A stretch of DNA of 64,000 bases from Geosiphon pyriformis uo1 (lineage: Eukaryota; Fungi; Glomeromycota), in the NCBI GenBank assembly GCA_016748015.1, contig JAAOMT010000134.1, positions 1,618,757 to 1,682,756 of the forward strand, given 5' to 3'. Position 1 is the first letter of the stretch. Every line of letters starts with the position of its first letter. Made by a program: the position numbers and the translations under genes. Below the pieces are notes generated by a model. That model saw only the letters and a program-made list of their open reading frames with translations, made no database searches and had not been told where the DNA came from. Below are positions 51,371 through 64,000 of the stretch, one piece after another.

Positions 51371-54300
51371 CTAATCTTGCCTTATTCTTGAGAGACAATC
51401 AATATTGGTATGGAGTTTTTCTGATTTGTGGTGTACAATATATCAGTAGTTGGCTAAAAATCCTGTCCATTGGGTTTGTTTTGCATTCAGCTGAGTGTTT
51501 TTGTTCTGTAGCCATTTGAGTCCAATATTATCAGTGATAATATCAAATTCTTTGGGTCTGAAGTAAAGGTTAAAGTGATGTAAAGCCCAGATTACTGCTG
51601 CAGTTTCTAATTCTGTTGCAGGGTAGTTTTTTTCGGCTGGTTTCAATGTTCTACTAGCATAAGCAATTACTCACTCATTTCTATTGTCATCTAACTGTGA
51701 TAGAATAGCACCAAAGGCAGTATAAGAGACATTTGTTGCTAACTGAAATCAGTTGCTGAAATCTGAGTAGGCGAGAATTGGAGCTGTTGTTAGTTTTTCT
51801 TTGAGGATTTCAAATGTGTTTTGGTATTCAGTAGTTCATTTGTATTTGACGTTTTTGGTGGTAAACTAGTTGAAAGGTTTTGTGATTTCTGAGAATCCTT
51901 TGATAAACTTCTGATAGTAGAAGGCTAACCCTATGAATCCTCTTAGTTCTGTAGTGTTTTGAGGAGTTTTAAAGTTTTTGACAGCACTGATCTTTTCAGG
52001 GTCCAGTTTGATTCTATTTTTATTAACAATATGACCAAGAAAGGCCAAGCTTGTTTTTTCAAAGTAGCATTTTTTAATGTTAAGTTTCAGTCCTGCTTTT
52101 TGTAATCATTGAAAAACTTTTTGCAGGTGTTTTAAGTGTAATTCAAACAATAGAGAATAAACATTAATATCGTCAAGATAAATGACTACTGACTTCCAAA
52201 GGAGTTTTTTGTACACAATATCCATTAATCTCTAAAATGTTGTTGGTGCATTGCATAATCTAAAAGGCATTATATTGAATTCATAATTTCCTCCTTGAGT
52301 TGTGAAGGCTGTTTTGGAATGGTCTTTGGGATTCATGGCAATTTGCCAGTATTCGCTTTCTAAATCTAGTGTTAAAAAGTATTTGGTTTTTCCAAGGGCA
52401 TCCAACATATCATCAATTTGGGGAAGGGGATAAGCATCTCCAATGGTGACACTGTTGAGTTGTCGATAATCAACACAAAATCGTATCTTTCCATTTTTTT
52501 TTTTAACTAAGATCATAAATAAAGCCCATGAATTCATTGATGATTGAATAAGCTCATTGTTGAGCATCTGTTGTATTTCTTCGTGGATAAATTGGTGACT
52601 TTCTGGAGCAACTTGGTAGGCTTGCTGTTGCCTTGGTTTGGCATCTCCTGTATAAATTTGGTGTTGAACCAAATTGGTTCTTCCTAAGTTATTGTTGTTT
52701 TTGGCAAAGATATCGGCAAATTCTACAATTAGCTTTTTGAGCTGGCTCTGTTGCTGTGGTTCAAGTTGTCCTATGTTGATTTGAGATAGTTTTTCCATGA
52801 CAACATAGTAGTTTTCAAAGCTGGGGTTTGGGTTGATTTTTGGTAGTAAATGTCCAATAATTTCAGAGAAATTGGGGACTGTTTGGGGTAATTTTTGTTG
52901 AAAGATATTACTGTGAATAACTTCAATTTCTAAGTTATTTAATAAAACTATGGGGTAATTATTGGGGTTGTAAAAAGTAACTTGGACTTTCTTTGTTCCT
53001 TCTGGGATGTAAATATTTGGAATCAAGATATTATGTTCTAAGCAGATTCGTTCATTAGACTCAAAAATTTGTTGGGTGGTTGTTGGCTTTGGGCAGGTAT
53101 AGATTTTGGGGTGTTCTCCGAAAGGTAAAATAGTGATTGGTTGGGAAAGGCATAAAATCTGGTAAGACTCATTCTGTTCATTGAGAGCTATGTTTACTAG
53201 AACTGTAAATCATCCAGTTGAACCAAAACCTTGTGTTTCTCTTTCATTTTTTCCCAATTGTTCCCTTTAATTGACTAACTGTAAACCCGAAATGTTGATT
53301 AAGGATAAATAGATAGCTTGAGCAATTTTTTTGGCATGTTCAATTTTGAAAGGTTTATTGGTTTTGTTTTGGAGTATTACTGTTATGTCACCAGTATATC
53401 CAGCATTGATTATTCCTCTTCTGACATTAATTTCTTTGCTTGCCAAAGAGGACCGGGAAGTAATTTGAACCATTGCTCCTGGCAGAATTTCGAGGGCAAT
53501 TTTGAGGTTGATTTTTGTGAGAGATTTGGGTTTGAGAACAAGAGTATCCTTATCTGAATATCTTAGGTCATATTCAGCATTAATTTCATGTGCTTTATCA
53601 AGTTTTATTCCTTGTCCATTGTTGTTGAAGTATTTGAGTTGTAAGGCAGACTGATTTTCAATGAGATAGATAGGTGTTGCTTCAATTTCTTCTGTTGCTT
53701 CAGGTTCTCCAAATTCAATTTCATTTTCATCATTTTCACTGGACAGGGGAATGCTAAGAGCATAGTATTCAGAGCACCATTGCTCATTGCAAGGCATTAT
53801 GCATTTTTCACACAATTTAATGTTCATTTGCTCTAGCCATTGGGCTTGAACTTCTTTGATTGGGTAAGTGTAACTGGCAATTTGGTGATACACTTTTACT
53901 TCATCTTCATAGTTGTATCCAGCAATTTCAAAAATGTATGCAATGTATTTTGATTCTTTCATTTGACAAACATTTTCTTGAATGGCTCCATTGATTAAAG
54001 TCATTGCTAGATTGAAGATCATTTCAGTATCATAAGGGTAATGGTACAGTTTGTTAAGGGCACTGTTGTAAACAGAATCAAAAGGGGTTCCTTTTGTTAC
54101 TTTTTCTGAAATTAAAAAAGCATATTGGCATGTTTGATTGCAGACTCCTCCTTTGAATACAACATCAATCCAGTCGCATTCATCAGATAATCATTCTCCA
54201 CAAGTCAAACAAGGTGTTCTATCCTATTTTCCACTTCTTTTAACTAGGTGTCCCCATCATTCTCAGTGGCAGAATTTGCAATAGTAACAGGTATGGTTTC

Positions 54301-56970
54301 TGTATTCTTTCTCAGATAAAATACAAGCTCCCATTGATGAGAGTTTCTTGTGGCAATCTTTGCATTTGAGTGGAATGTAAGAGTGTTGTTTTCATGGTTC
54401 TGGTTTTGAATAGAGAACATTCCATCTGGGTGTCACTGGTTTTTTTGTTTCAAGAGAATTGTTTGTTGAAAAATACTGTTGTTCAGTTTCATCAGCCCAA
54501 TTGGAGGTTGATCTAAGTGCCATAAATGTTTCAATGATGGGTTTTTCTTCTTTCAGTTCAAATTCAAAAGCCAGAGCTTTTTTGGAGCATTTGTTGAATG
54601 TATCACAAGTGGCAAGTATCTGGGCATGTTGTCTTTGGTAGGAGATTGTTAACTCTTGTGTCTTCCAATTCAGATTAGCATTGGCTTTTTGGAGCCAATC
54701 ATTTCCAACAAAAGCTTGGTATTGGAGAGCATCCATAACCAAAACTTTGACTGAATGGTGATTTCGTCAATTGTAAATGAGAAATTGTTAATTTCTTCTA
54801 CTGAAGTCTTTTTCATGCCATCGGCAGTAACGATTACTGTCTGAGCTGGTTGGTCAACATTTCTTTTTAACTGTTGTATCAACTAGTAGGTGATGATGCT
54901 TCCAGCAGATCTACTGTCTAGGATCAAACAAATTCCCTTTCCTTCAACTTCTGTTTCAGTGTACATAGTAGTGATTGCTTTTTGTTTGTTGGTGGCTGCA
55001 TTGCTAAGCAGAAATGGTGACTTATTTGCTTCAAACTCAAAAAGGAATATATCTAAGAGGTTGGCGTTTTTAGCAATTCTGGCTGGTGGGATTGTGATAG
55101 GAGTATAGAAAAAGTTTTGTTGTTGTGCTGCAGCTCTACCTTCTGAGAGTGCAGTATGGTAAAAATCCTGTTCTTCTGGCATCATAAGATAATTAGGTTG
55201 AGTATGATAGTGGTTGGGTCTATGTTGATTCGAATTTTGAGTGGTTAATTACTTGTTGGAATTTAATCTGTTGTTGTTTGTTGGAAAACGGTTTTGTGGT
55301 GTAAATTGATTATGTTAAACCAATCTTCTAGCTGGCACTTGATATTGTGGTGTGGATGGTTGTTGATACTGTTATTGAATTGGTTGTGGAGCAGGTTGAT
55401 AATAGTGGTTTGGATATTGTGGTCTTGGTAAATATTGAGCTAGTGGTAATAGATAATATGATTGTTGTGGTTGAAAATAACGTTAATTATTCCTCTGTTG
55501 TTGGTCTCATTACAATTTTCTACAATCACATTTCCAGTGTCCTGGAATTCCACAATAATGACAATTTTGGATTTGGTTGTTGGATGGTGGTCCAAAGTTG
55601 TTTTGATTGTGTTGTTGTGGGAGTTAGTATCTTTGTGGTTATTGTGATTGCTGCGGTGGCTGTTTTTACTGTTGGTTGGTGAAGTAGTTTTCAACTTTTT
55701 TGGTTAATTGGTCAATCTTTTTTTCAGCTGCTGAGCTGGTTTCTCCAATAACCAGGTTAACAAGTTTGGTATGGTTGGCTTCTTTTATGGCCATTTCATA
55801 GTTTTTCATCTGTTGAATAGCAGTGGCTAAATCTTCTGGTACATGTGGGCAAACTTTCTTGATAAGTTTGTCTTTTAGTCCAGCAATGAATTGATCCAAG
55901 ATTTGTGCATTGGAGTAGTATTCATTGGTTTCCAATTGGTGAATTCTTCTAAGCAGTTTGTTGAATTTCTTAAGATAGGTCATAACTGATTCACTTGGTT
56001 CTTGCTTGATATTTCAGAACTGATTTCGAAGGGTGATAGAAGTGTTATTGTCAGTGAACTGTTCTAGAAAAGCAGTTTTGAATGCTTCCCAGTGTTCTGG
56101 TGGAGCTTCCAAGTTTTTAAACCATTCATTGGCTGTTTCTTGTAAGAAGTATGGAATTGCTTTTAACATTCTGGCAGTGTTCCAACCATTTGCATCTCCT
56201 GCTTTTGAGACTTTGTCAAGCCATTCTTGAGGACTGGATTTGCTATCTTCTCCTGTGAACTCAGGGATTTTTGCGATATATGTGGAGATCATTTCTTCTT
56301 CATTTTCTGAGTCTTCTGTTTTTTGTTCTGATTTGGTCTCTTCACTTCAATTTTCTGCTAAGTAGCCAATAAGGTTTGTGCTGGTTAATATTGGTTTCTG
56401 TTGTTGAATAGGGCTTTTGGGTAACTGAAAATCTTTTATTCTTGAAAACCGAATAAGTGGTGAGCTTGGTGTTTGCAGTTGAGCAAGTGAAGCTGGAAAT
56501 GATATGATTGAGAGTGGTAATTTAAAGCTGGTTCCTTGTTCTGGAGTTTGTAAATGTTTGGCAGTGGTTTTAGGTGTATTGAGAGTAGTTCTAAGTTTTT
56601 GTTTTCTTTTTCCTTTTTCTTCTTCTGTTTCCAATTCAAAACCAAGAGAAAATTTCTGTTCTACTGGATAATTCTCTTCACAATACTGAATGATATTGAA
56701 GTTGAGTTCTTGGAAATATGTTTCAAGTGTTTAACTGTTAAAATCCTGAGTGTTTAGACGAGAGTGATGTACTAAGCTTTCATATAAGTTGTGTCTAACT
56801 TCTGAAATGTTGTAGTCTCCAAAAAAATAATTGTTGATGTGATTTTCAATATACTGGTAAAGTGTTTTCTTGAATGTTTCAATTCCGTTTGGGATGTTAA
56901 ATCTCTGCTTGCAGTGGGTGTAGATTGACTGATAATACTCTAGAGTTCTTAAATCTGTTTGAGCCACCAC
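51371..56970 (-). pseudogene. B2 ORF1 (Gag-PR-Cys-rich-dUTPase-RT-RNase H)
   Basis: GTG 56970, in-frame ATG 56292, YLDD, TAG at 51371-73; one 1-nt deletion near 54750. Confidence 0.9.
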
Positions 56971-57999
56971 TTTTGAAGTTGTTGTTGCTGTGTTATTTCT
57001 GTGGGAGAGCACCAAATGTTACTGGAGGTTTTTGGTCTCTTTTCTTGAATGTTATAACTGTCTGTTGGTTGCAAATTCACATTTTCTAGAAGTAGTTGAA
57101 CCTCTAATAACTGAATTTATCTTTAAATTATCTTCTATAATTTAAATTGCTGGGCTTATAAGTGGAATGGCCAATTCTGTGCCAGTTACTTTGTGTAGTT
57201 ATGTTGTAGTAAATGTCAACTCTTTCCCAGGAATTGCTCATCTGGCAGCTCACTAAAAATGTGTAGTTACTTTGCTGTGAAAGTCAACTCTTTTACAAAA
57301 ATCTTGTCTGTAGACTACCCTAATGATTATAATAAGAAAATAAAAGAAAGAAAATAAAAGAAATGTAAAAAAAATAGAATTCTGTCAAGGAAAACGTTTT
57401 CTATCCAGGCCTGAAGTTACTAACAGTTTACTGAAATTGGTAGCTAATCAATTTCAAACTATTTAGTAGAAATTGGTTAATTTCAAAAGGAAAATAATTA
57501 AAAATTTGATTTTTTGAATTATTTGATATTTATTTTGTTTTTGTGTGTAAAAGATAATTCTAATTGTTAAATCTGAAGTAAGATATATTTTCTCGAAGAA
57601 AAAAGCTCTTCTTTTATACAACTTGTTGTAACACTATTCCATGAACTTGAACTTTGCTTTTTTTCTACAATTTTGCTGAACTAAAGATACATTTTGGTAA
57701 ACTACAAGTTATTTCTGCGAACTATTAGATATTTCGGTGAACTATCAATTATTTCAGCAAATTTCTACAAATTTTGGCGAACTTTTGAATGTTACATATT
57801 TCGGGGTATTGCATGATTGATCATTGCACTTAGGTTACATTTGTGTTATATACAAATTGGATTATTAATTAAATGATAATTTCAGACATTTTGCTAATAT
57901 AATAAGTGATAATTTGAAACAATAATATATACTAATTAATGATAAAATTTATAAGGGTAATTTCATGCTAAACAATATCTCTAATTTCATCTGGTAACA

Positions 58000-60889
58000 A
58001 CGACTTATCCAGTTGCTGATAAGAATCATGTATTGGCATAAAATGTTGCATGTTTTTCCTTATCCAGGAATGTTGTTCCACATTCCTTCATAGAGTAATT
58101 GTTTCTCACAAGTGAGACATGGTTTGTTGTCCCACTTGTTTTGTTATTTTGAGTAGCCATATTGTTTTTGGTTGCATGGCTTGCAGTAATAGTGGGTTCA
58201 TGTCTAGTAATCTTTGTCAGATGTAATCTAAGCTCCCATGGAAGAAAGTTTCTTGCCACAATCTTGGCATTTGAGTGGAATATGTGGCAGTTGTTTTAAT
58301 GATTTATGTGAGTAAGATCTCTCTTAGCCACTAGTTATTTCTTCAGTTGTTGTGTTTTCTTCTGTTGTGTCCTCTTTCTTATCTTTCTCTTTATTATCTC
58401 AAGAAAGTACTGATAGTAGCTTATTGTGTTCGGTGTCAGCCCAGGAGACTTGATACACTTCTTAGGTAGGTTTTCTTTTTTTTTCTTTTAATTCAATCAG
58501 TGGTTTGTCATTGAGAGTGGTTTTGAAATAATCACAAGTGGCTGGCACACATGTGTGGTGGCCATTCTAGCTGAGTTGTAGTTCTTGGGTGTTTCAGTCG
58601 AGCACGGTGTTGGCTTTTAACAGCCAGTTGTTTCCAACAAGAGCCTGATACTGAGTTGCTTCCATTACCAATATTTTGATCAGTATTATGATGTTGTTGA
58701 CTTCAAATAGGAAGTTGTCTATTTCACTAATCAGAGTTTTGGTTGCTCTATCAGCAGTAATTATACGTATGCTGGCAGCATGATCAACTCAGTGACCTAA
58801 TTGGTTTATAAGTTGTTGTGTAATGATACTGCCAGCTGATTCACTGTCTAGGATCAGTTTAATGTGCTGCCCAGCAACTTTAGCATTGGTATATATCACA
58901 GTGATAGATTTTGATTCTAGGGTGACTTCACTGAATAGTGGCATTTCAATTGGTTTCTTGAATTCAAAAAAGAAGATAGCAGTAAGTGATTTGTCTTCTG
59001 TAATGGTTGCTGGCAGAATATTGTTGGTAAATGGTTTTTGGTTGACTTCTGATTTGTTGAATGTGGCATCTTCTGGGGTAATCAAGAGACTTAAATAGTT
59101 CTGGAAATTTGGGTTTTGGGTGTACTCAGTGCCTAAATTTTGTTGTTAAAATCCTGATGGTTGCATAGAGGAACTGGGAATCAGTTAATAAACTACCATT
59201 GACAATCTCCAACTTTGTTGTGTCAGTTTTGGCCTTTGGTTTCCATTTTGAGGTAAGTTTTGTGACAGTAGTTGAATTTGTTGGGGCTAATAAATTATCT
59301 GAGGCTGCAGCTAATAAATGGGTTGAAACTGCAATTGATAAACAATAAGTACTGAAAGCTGATAAATTGGTGGTTAATAGATTGGCTGTTGTGTCATAAG
59401 TAGGTAATTCAGTTGATATGGTGCTGGGTTGGGTTGATAATTTGGAGCTTGAAACTGGCAATCAGGATTTCAATATTGATTTCCCAATCGTGAATTATTA
59501 CTATAAATCAGTAGTCAGCTCTAATGTGGTCTTGTTTATCACAGTTATGGCAAACATGTATCTCTTGTTGCCATGGCTGATTTGATAATAATAATAATGA
59601 TGGACATGACTGATTTTGGAAATGATTCATGTTTCCTAAGTTATTGCGTCATTGTGGTAATTGATAAATTGGTCAGCTAAGTATCTTTCTAATTTCTGAT
59701 TAATTGAATTACTGAGTTGTTTCAATTTGGAATTCAAGTTAGATGATCCATTTATTATTAGGTTAACAGCTTGGGCATGGTTTGCTTCAAGTTCTGCCAA
59801 TACAAAATCTCTCACATTGGTGACTGTGTCCTGAAGAGTTTGTGAGTGCATTGGGCATACACGTTGAAAAAGACTACTGCACAGTTCATGAATGAACTGG
59901 TTTAGGATCTGTAGTGCTGTAAAATAATCAGCTTGAATGACTTGAATTTGGTGCAAGTTCTTGTGAAAGCATCCCAAGTAAGTAGTAACTGTTTCAGTTT
60001 CTCTCTGTTTGATTGTAGTAAAAGGGTTGGTTAGGTAATTAATACTGTTATTGTTACTAAAATATCTCAAGAATGCAATTTTAAATTCCTGGAATGTTTG
60101 AGGTTTAGTGGCTAAACTCTGATACCACAAGTTAGTCATATCCTATAGAAAATAGGGAATTGCTTAAAAGGCTTTGTTGTTATTCTATTTATTGGCTGTG
60201 ATGGCTTTTTTCACATCATTGAGCCATATTTAGGCATTGTCTTCTTTGCTGGTAAATTTTTCTATTTTGGCAATTGGAGCATAAGCCATTGGTTGTTATT
60301 GTGGTTGCTGTTGGATTTGTTGTTGGGGTAGTGGTTGTAGCTGTTGTTGCTGTTCAGTGATTGGTGGAACTGGTAGTGGATTGATCATGATTACTAAAGG
60401 TAAGTGTTGTTGATTATTAATGTCAGAATTTCAATTGTTTTGGTTTTTCAGGGTTTGATTAACCAGAGTCCCAATTTCTGGTTTTTCTAAGATCATGTTT
60501 TGGTTACTATTTTCCTGATTACTATCTTCTTCTTCTTCGGAGTCAGTTATTTCCCAAGAACTAATGGCTTCAAAATCTGGTTGTGGTAGTGGTGATTAAA
60601 TTTCTAATGGCATTGGGAATCGTGATTTAAATTCCTTAAAGTAATCGCCATATGTTCCTAGTAATTCTGTTTTCTTTTGTTTACTTTAGAACAAGATCTT
60701 ATTTAATAGTGTGATTGCATTTGTGGTGGACATGCCTGTTGATATTATATTGATAGTACTTCCAGGTATGTAATAATATGATGGATTGGCTGGAGAAACA
60801 AATCTTTGTTTCTTTCAAGTGAGTAGTTGGATTTGCTTTGGGGTTCTTGCTGGTGTTTGTAGCCTTCCTTTTTCTTTATCAGCAAATGT
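58000..60889 (-). pseudogene. A1 ORF1 5' part: N-terminal linker, capsid (ATG 60289), zinc knuckle, protease, start of the Cys-rich domain
   Basis: MAYAPIAK, FLRYFSNNNSIN, CHNC..QDHIRADY, LILDSESAGSII. Confidence 0.85.
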
Positions 60890-63800
60890 TGTTACCAGTA
60901 GAATTTTAGCTATTAATTAGCATGAAATTATCCTTATAATTCCTATTAGTAATTAACATATTAATATCAATTCAAATTATCACTTATTATTTAATCAATT
61001 TATCACATATCATGATTCAATTAATAATCTAATTAGTACAACAGAAAGTAAGATAATCAAATTACACAATACCCTGAACTTTGTAACATTCTAAAATTCG
61101 CCAAAATTTACAGAAATTCGCCGAAATTTATATGAAATTCGCCGAAATTTATAGAAATTCGCCGAAATTATGAATAATTTATCCAAATTAATCAATAGTT
61201 CAGCAAAATAACTTGTAGTTCATCAAAATGTATTTTTAGTTTGCCGAAATTTAAGCAAAAAGAAAAAGTGCAAGTTCATAGACTAGTACTACAACAAGTT
61301 GTATAAAAGAAGAGCTTTTCTCTTCAAGAAAATGTAACTTACTTTAGATTTATTACTTAGAACCATTCTTACACACACAAAAAGAAATAAATATCAAATA
61401 ATTTAAAAAACCAAATTCTTTAATTATTGCACTTAGAAAATCCCCAAAACCCAACTAACGTTTTTGAAATTGATTAGCTACCAATTTCAGTAAACTGTTA
61501 GTAACTCCAGGCCTGGATAGAAAACGTTTTCCTTGATAAAATCCTATTTCTTTTACATTTTTTTATTTTTATTTTTTTTTCTTATTACAATCATTAAGGT
61601 AGCCTACAGACAAGATTCTTGTAGAAGAGTTGACTTTCACAGCAAAGTAACTACACATTTTTAGTGAGCTTCCAGATGAGTAATTCCTGGAAAAGAATTG
61701 ACATTTACTACAACATAACTACATAAAATAACTGGCAAGGAATTGGCCATTCCACTTATAAGCCTAGCAGTTCAAATTATAGGAGATAATTTGAAGATAA
61801 ATTCAGTTATTGGAGGTTCAACTACTTCTAGAAAACGTGAATTTGCAACCAACAGACAGTTACAACATTCAAGAAAAGAGACCAAAAACCTCTGGTAACA
61901 TTTGGTGCTCTCTCATGAAAATAACACAGCAAACAACAAACTTCAAAGTGGTAACCACACCAGACACAACAACTCTAAAGTATTATCAGTCAATTTACAT
62001 CCATTGCAAGCAGAGATTCAACATCCCAAATGGAATTGAAATTGTTGAAAGAACATTCTACCAATACATTGAAAACTGTATTAACAATTATCTTCTTGGA
62101 AATTACAATATTTCAGAAGTGAGAAGCAATCTCTACAATAATCTAGTACACTATTCACAATTGGGAACTGAAGACCTTAACAGTAAAACACTTGCCACCT
62201 ACTTTCAAGAACTCAATTACAACATTATTAAGTATTGTGAAGAAAAATACCCAGTACAGTCTAAATACTCTTTTGACTTTGAATCAAAAACAGAAACAGG
62301 CAACAAAGGCAAACAAAAAGTGAAACAACACTCAAAAACTGCTCCAAACACTCCAATACTATCAAAAACAACTGCCAAACACTTGCAAACATCTGAACAA
62401 GAAACCAGTGTGAAATTACCACTTTCTATCACACCATTTCCAATTTCACTTGCTTGACTACAAACACCAAATTCACTACTTAACTATTTCTCCAGACCAG
62501 AAGATTTTCAGTCACCTAGAAATTCTACTCAACAGCAGGAATCTATATCAACAAGCACCAATATTATTGAATACTTGCAGAAAAACGAAAATGATCATTC
62601 AGAAAATTTGGAAAGTGAAGAAACTGAATCAGAACAAAGAGAAGCCACAGAAAATGAAGAAGAAATAGCAACTGCTTACATTGCAAAGATTCCAGAATTC
62701 ATAAGTGAAGATAATGATACCAGTCCTCAAAAATGGCTTGACAAAGTTCAAAAAGCAGGAAATGCAAATGGTTGAATTGCAACAAGAATGCTTAAAGCAA
62801 TTCTCTACTTTTTTCAAGGAACAGCAGAAGAATGGTTTGAAAATTTAGAAGAACCATTTGAAAACTGGCAAGCATTCAAATATGCTTTTCTACAACAATT
62901 CACCAACAACAATACCTTTATCATTCTTAGAAACCACTTTCACAATATCAAACAAGAAACATCTGAAACTGTTATGACCTATCTTAGAAGATTTAATAAA
63001 CTTCTCAAATAAATCCAACAATTGGAAACCAATGATTACTATTCTGATGCTCAAATTCTGAATCAGTTTATAGCAAGGTTAAAAGACAAACTGATTAAGA
63101 AAGTCCATCTACATGCTCCAGCAGACTTAGCAACTGCTATTAGACATGCAAAGAGCTATGAAATGGCAATGGAAAAAGCAAATCACACCAAGCTTGTAAA
63201 CTTTGCAATTGAAGAAACCAGCTCAGCAGCTGAAGAAAAGATAGACCAACTCACAAAAAAGATTGAAAGCTACTTCACAAACCAACAACAACAGCAACAA
63301 CAACCACAAAGATATCAACCCCTATAATGACACAATCAAAACAATTTTGGATTACCATCCAACAACCAATCTCAAAATTGTCATTATTGTGGAATTCCAG
63401 AACACTGGAAATGAGATTGTAGAAAATTACAAAGAAACCAACAAAACAGAAGTAATCAATGTTACTCTTCACTACAACAATCTTATTACCAATCTCCACT
63501 ACCAACTTATTATTTACCAAGACCACAAAATCAAAACAGTTACTATTTACCAATTCTACAACCAATGCAGCAACAATATTAGCAACTTTTACCAATTCAG
63601 CCATATCAAACACCACCCACTCAACAATATCAAGTACCAGCAAGAAGATTGGTTCAACATAACCAATCCACACCCCAAAATCAATTGCAGAGTAACAACA
63701 ACAGAATCAATCCAAATAACCAGTTGGTTCTCCAAAATTCTGGTCAGCAAAGACCCAATTACTATCACACTCAACCCAGTTATCTTACAATACCAGAGGA

Positions 63801-64000
63801 ATCAAATTTTCTACAAACTGCACTTTCTGAAGGTGAAGTTGAAGCACCAAGATCAAATCCTTCCAACCATACCATTCTACCAGCTCAAATTGCCCAAAAT
63901 GCCAATCTGTGAGATATATTTCTATTTGAATTTGAAGCAAATGAATCATTATTTCTGCTTAGTAATGCAGCAGTCAATGAACAGAAAGCAATTACTGCTA
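60890..64000 (+). mobile_element. Ty3/Gypsy element B3 (5' LTR 60890-61900, PBS 61903, gag from 61948), runs off the window
   Basis: TGTTACCAG...CTGGTAACA 9-bp terminal inverted repeat; colinear with B1. Confidence 0.93.

Larger units (their letters stand above)
48143..57999 (-). mobile_element. Complete Ty3/Gypsy element B2 (9.9 kb)
   Basis: 983-bp LTRs at 48143-49125 and 57017-57999, PBS, PPT, TSD ATGA/ACGA. Confidence 0.95.
18664..60889 (-). mobile_element. Ty3/Gypsy element A1, split into 18664-23944, 47630-48142 and 58000-60889; its 5' end lies beyond B3, outside the window
   Basis: Segments rejoin across the TSDs (QNNN-G-NNN at 23944/47630; LISNWI-SR at 48142/58000) and are colinear with A3. 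Confidence 0.88.

Noticed and set aside
61810-62457. ORF starting in the LTR and reading through the PBS into gag
   Set aside because: The frame across the PBS differs among B1, B2 and B3, and the start is a TTG. Family A keeps frame near the PBS, but its upstream LTR ORF is frameshifted between subfamilies.

Overview
AT-rich, intron-rich fungal DNA. The gene content and repeat families suggest Glomeromycotina/Mucoromycota (inference). Positions 1-13 kb hold four ordinary spliced genes: dynein light intermediate chain, a MIT-domain protein, RPB5 and IST3/SNU17. From about 14.7 kb to the end lies one nested stack: a LINE relic plus pieces of nine insertions from two related Ty3/Gypsy-type LTR families. 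Family A has ~0.8-1.0 kb LTRs with TGTTACTC...CTGTAACA ends; family B has ~1.0 kb LTRs with TGTTACCAG...CYGGTAACA ends. All copies are inactivated mainly by C>T/G>A transitions, but comparing them reconstructs an unusual shared architecture. (i) ORF1 is one frame (extra N-terminal domain-Gag-PR-Cys-rich domain-dUTPase-RT-RNase H) and appears to start at a conserved GTG, followed by a long ancestrally ATG-free stretch. (ii) Integrase is a separate ATG-initiated ORF after a conserved RNase H stop, in 4/4 copies. (iii) A conserved non-env ORF3 precedes the PPT. (iv) The 4-bp target sites are centred on CpG or its deamination products at all eight readable insertion sites. This three-ORF, dUTPase-bearing, apparently CpG-targeting lineage is the most interesting system here. 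Coordinates were read by eye; no searches were run.
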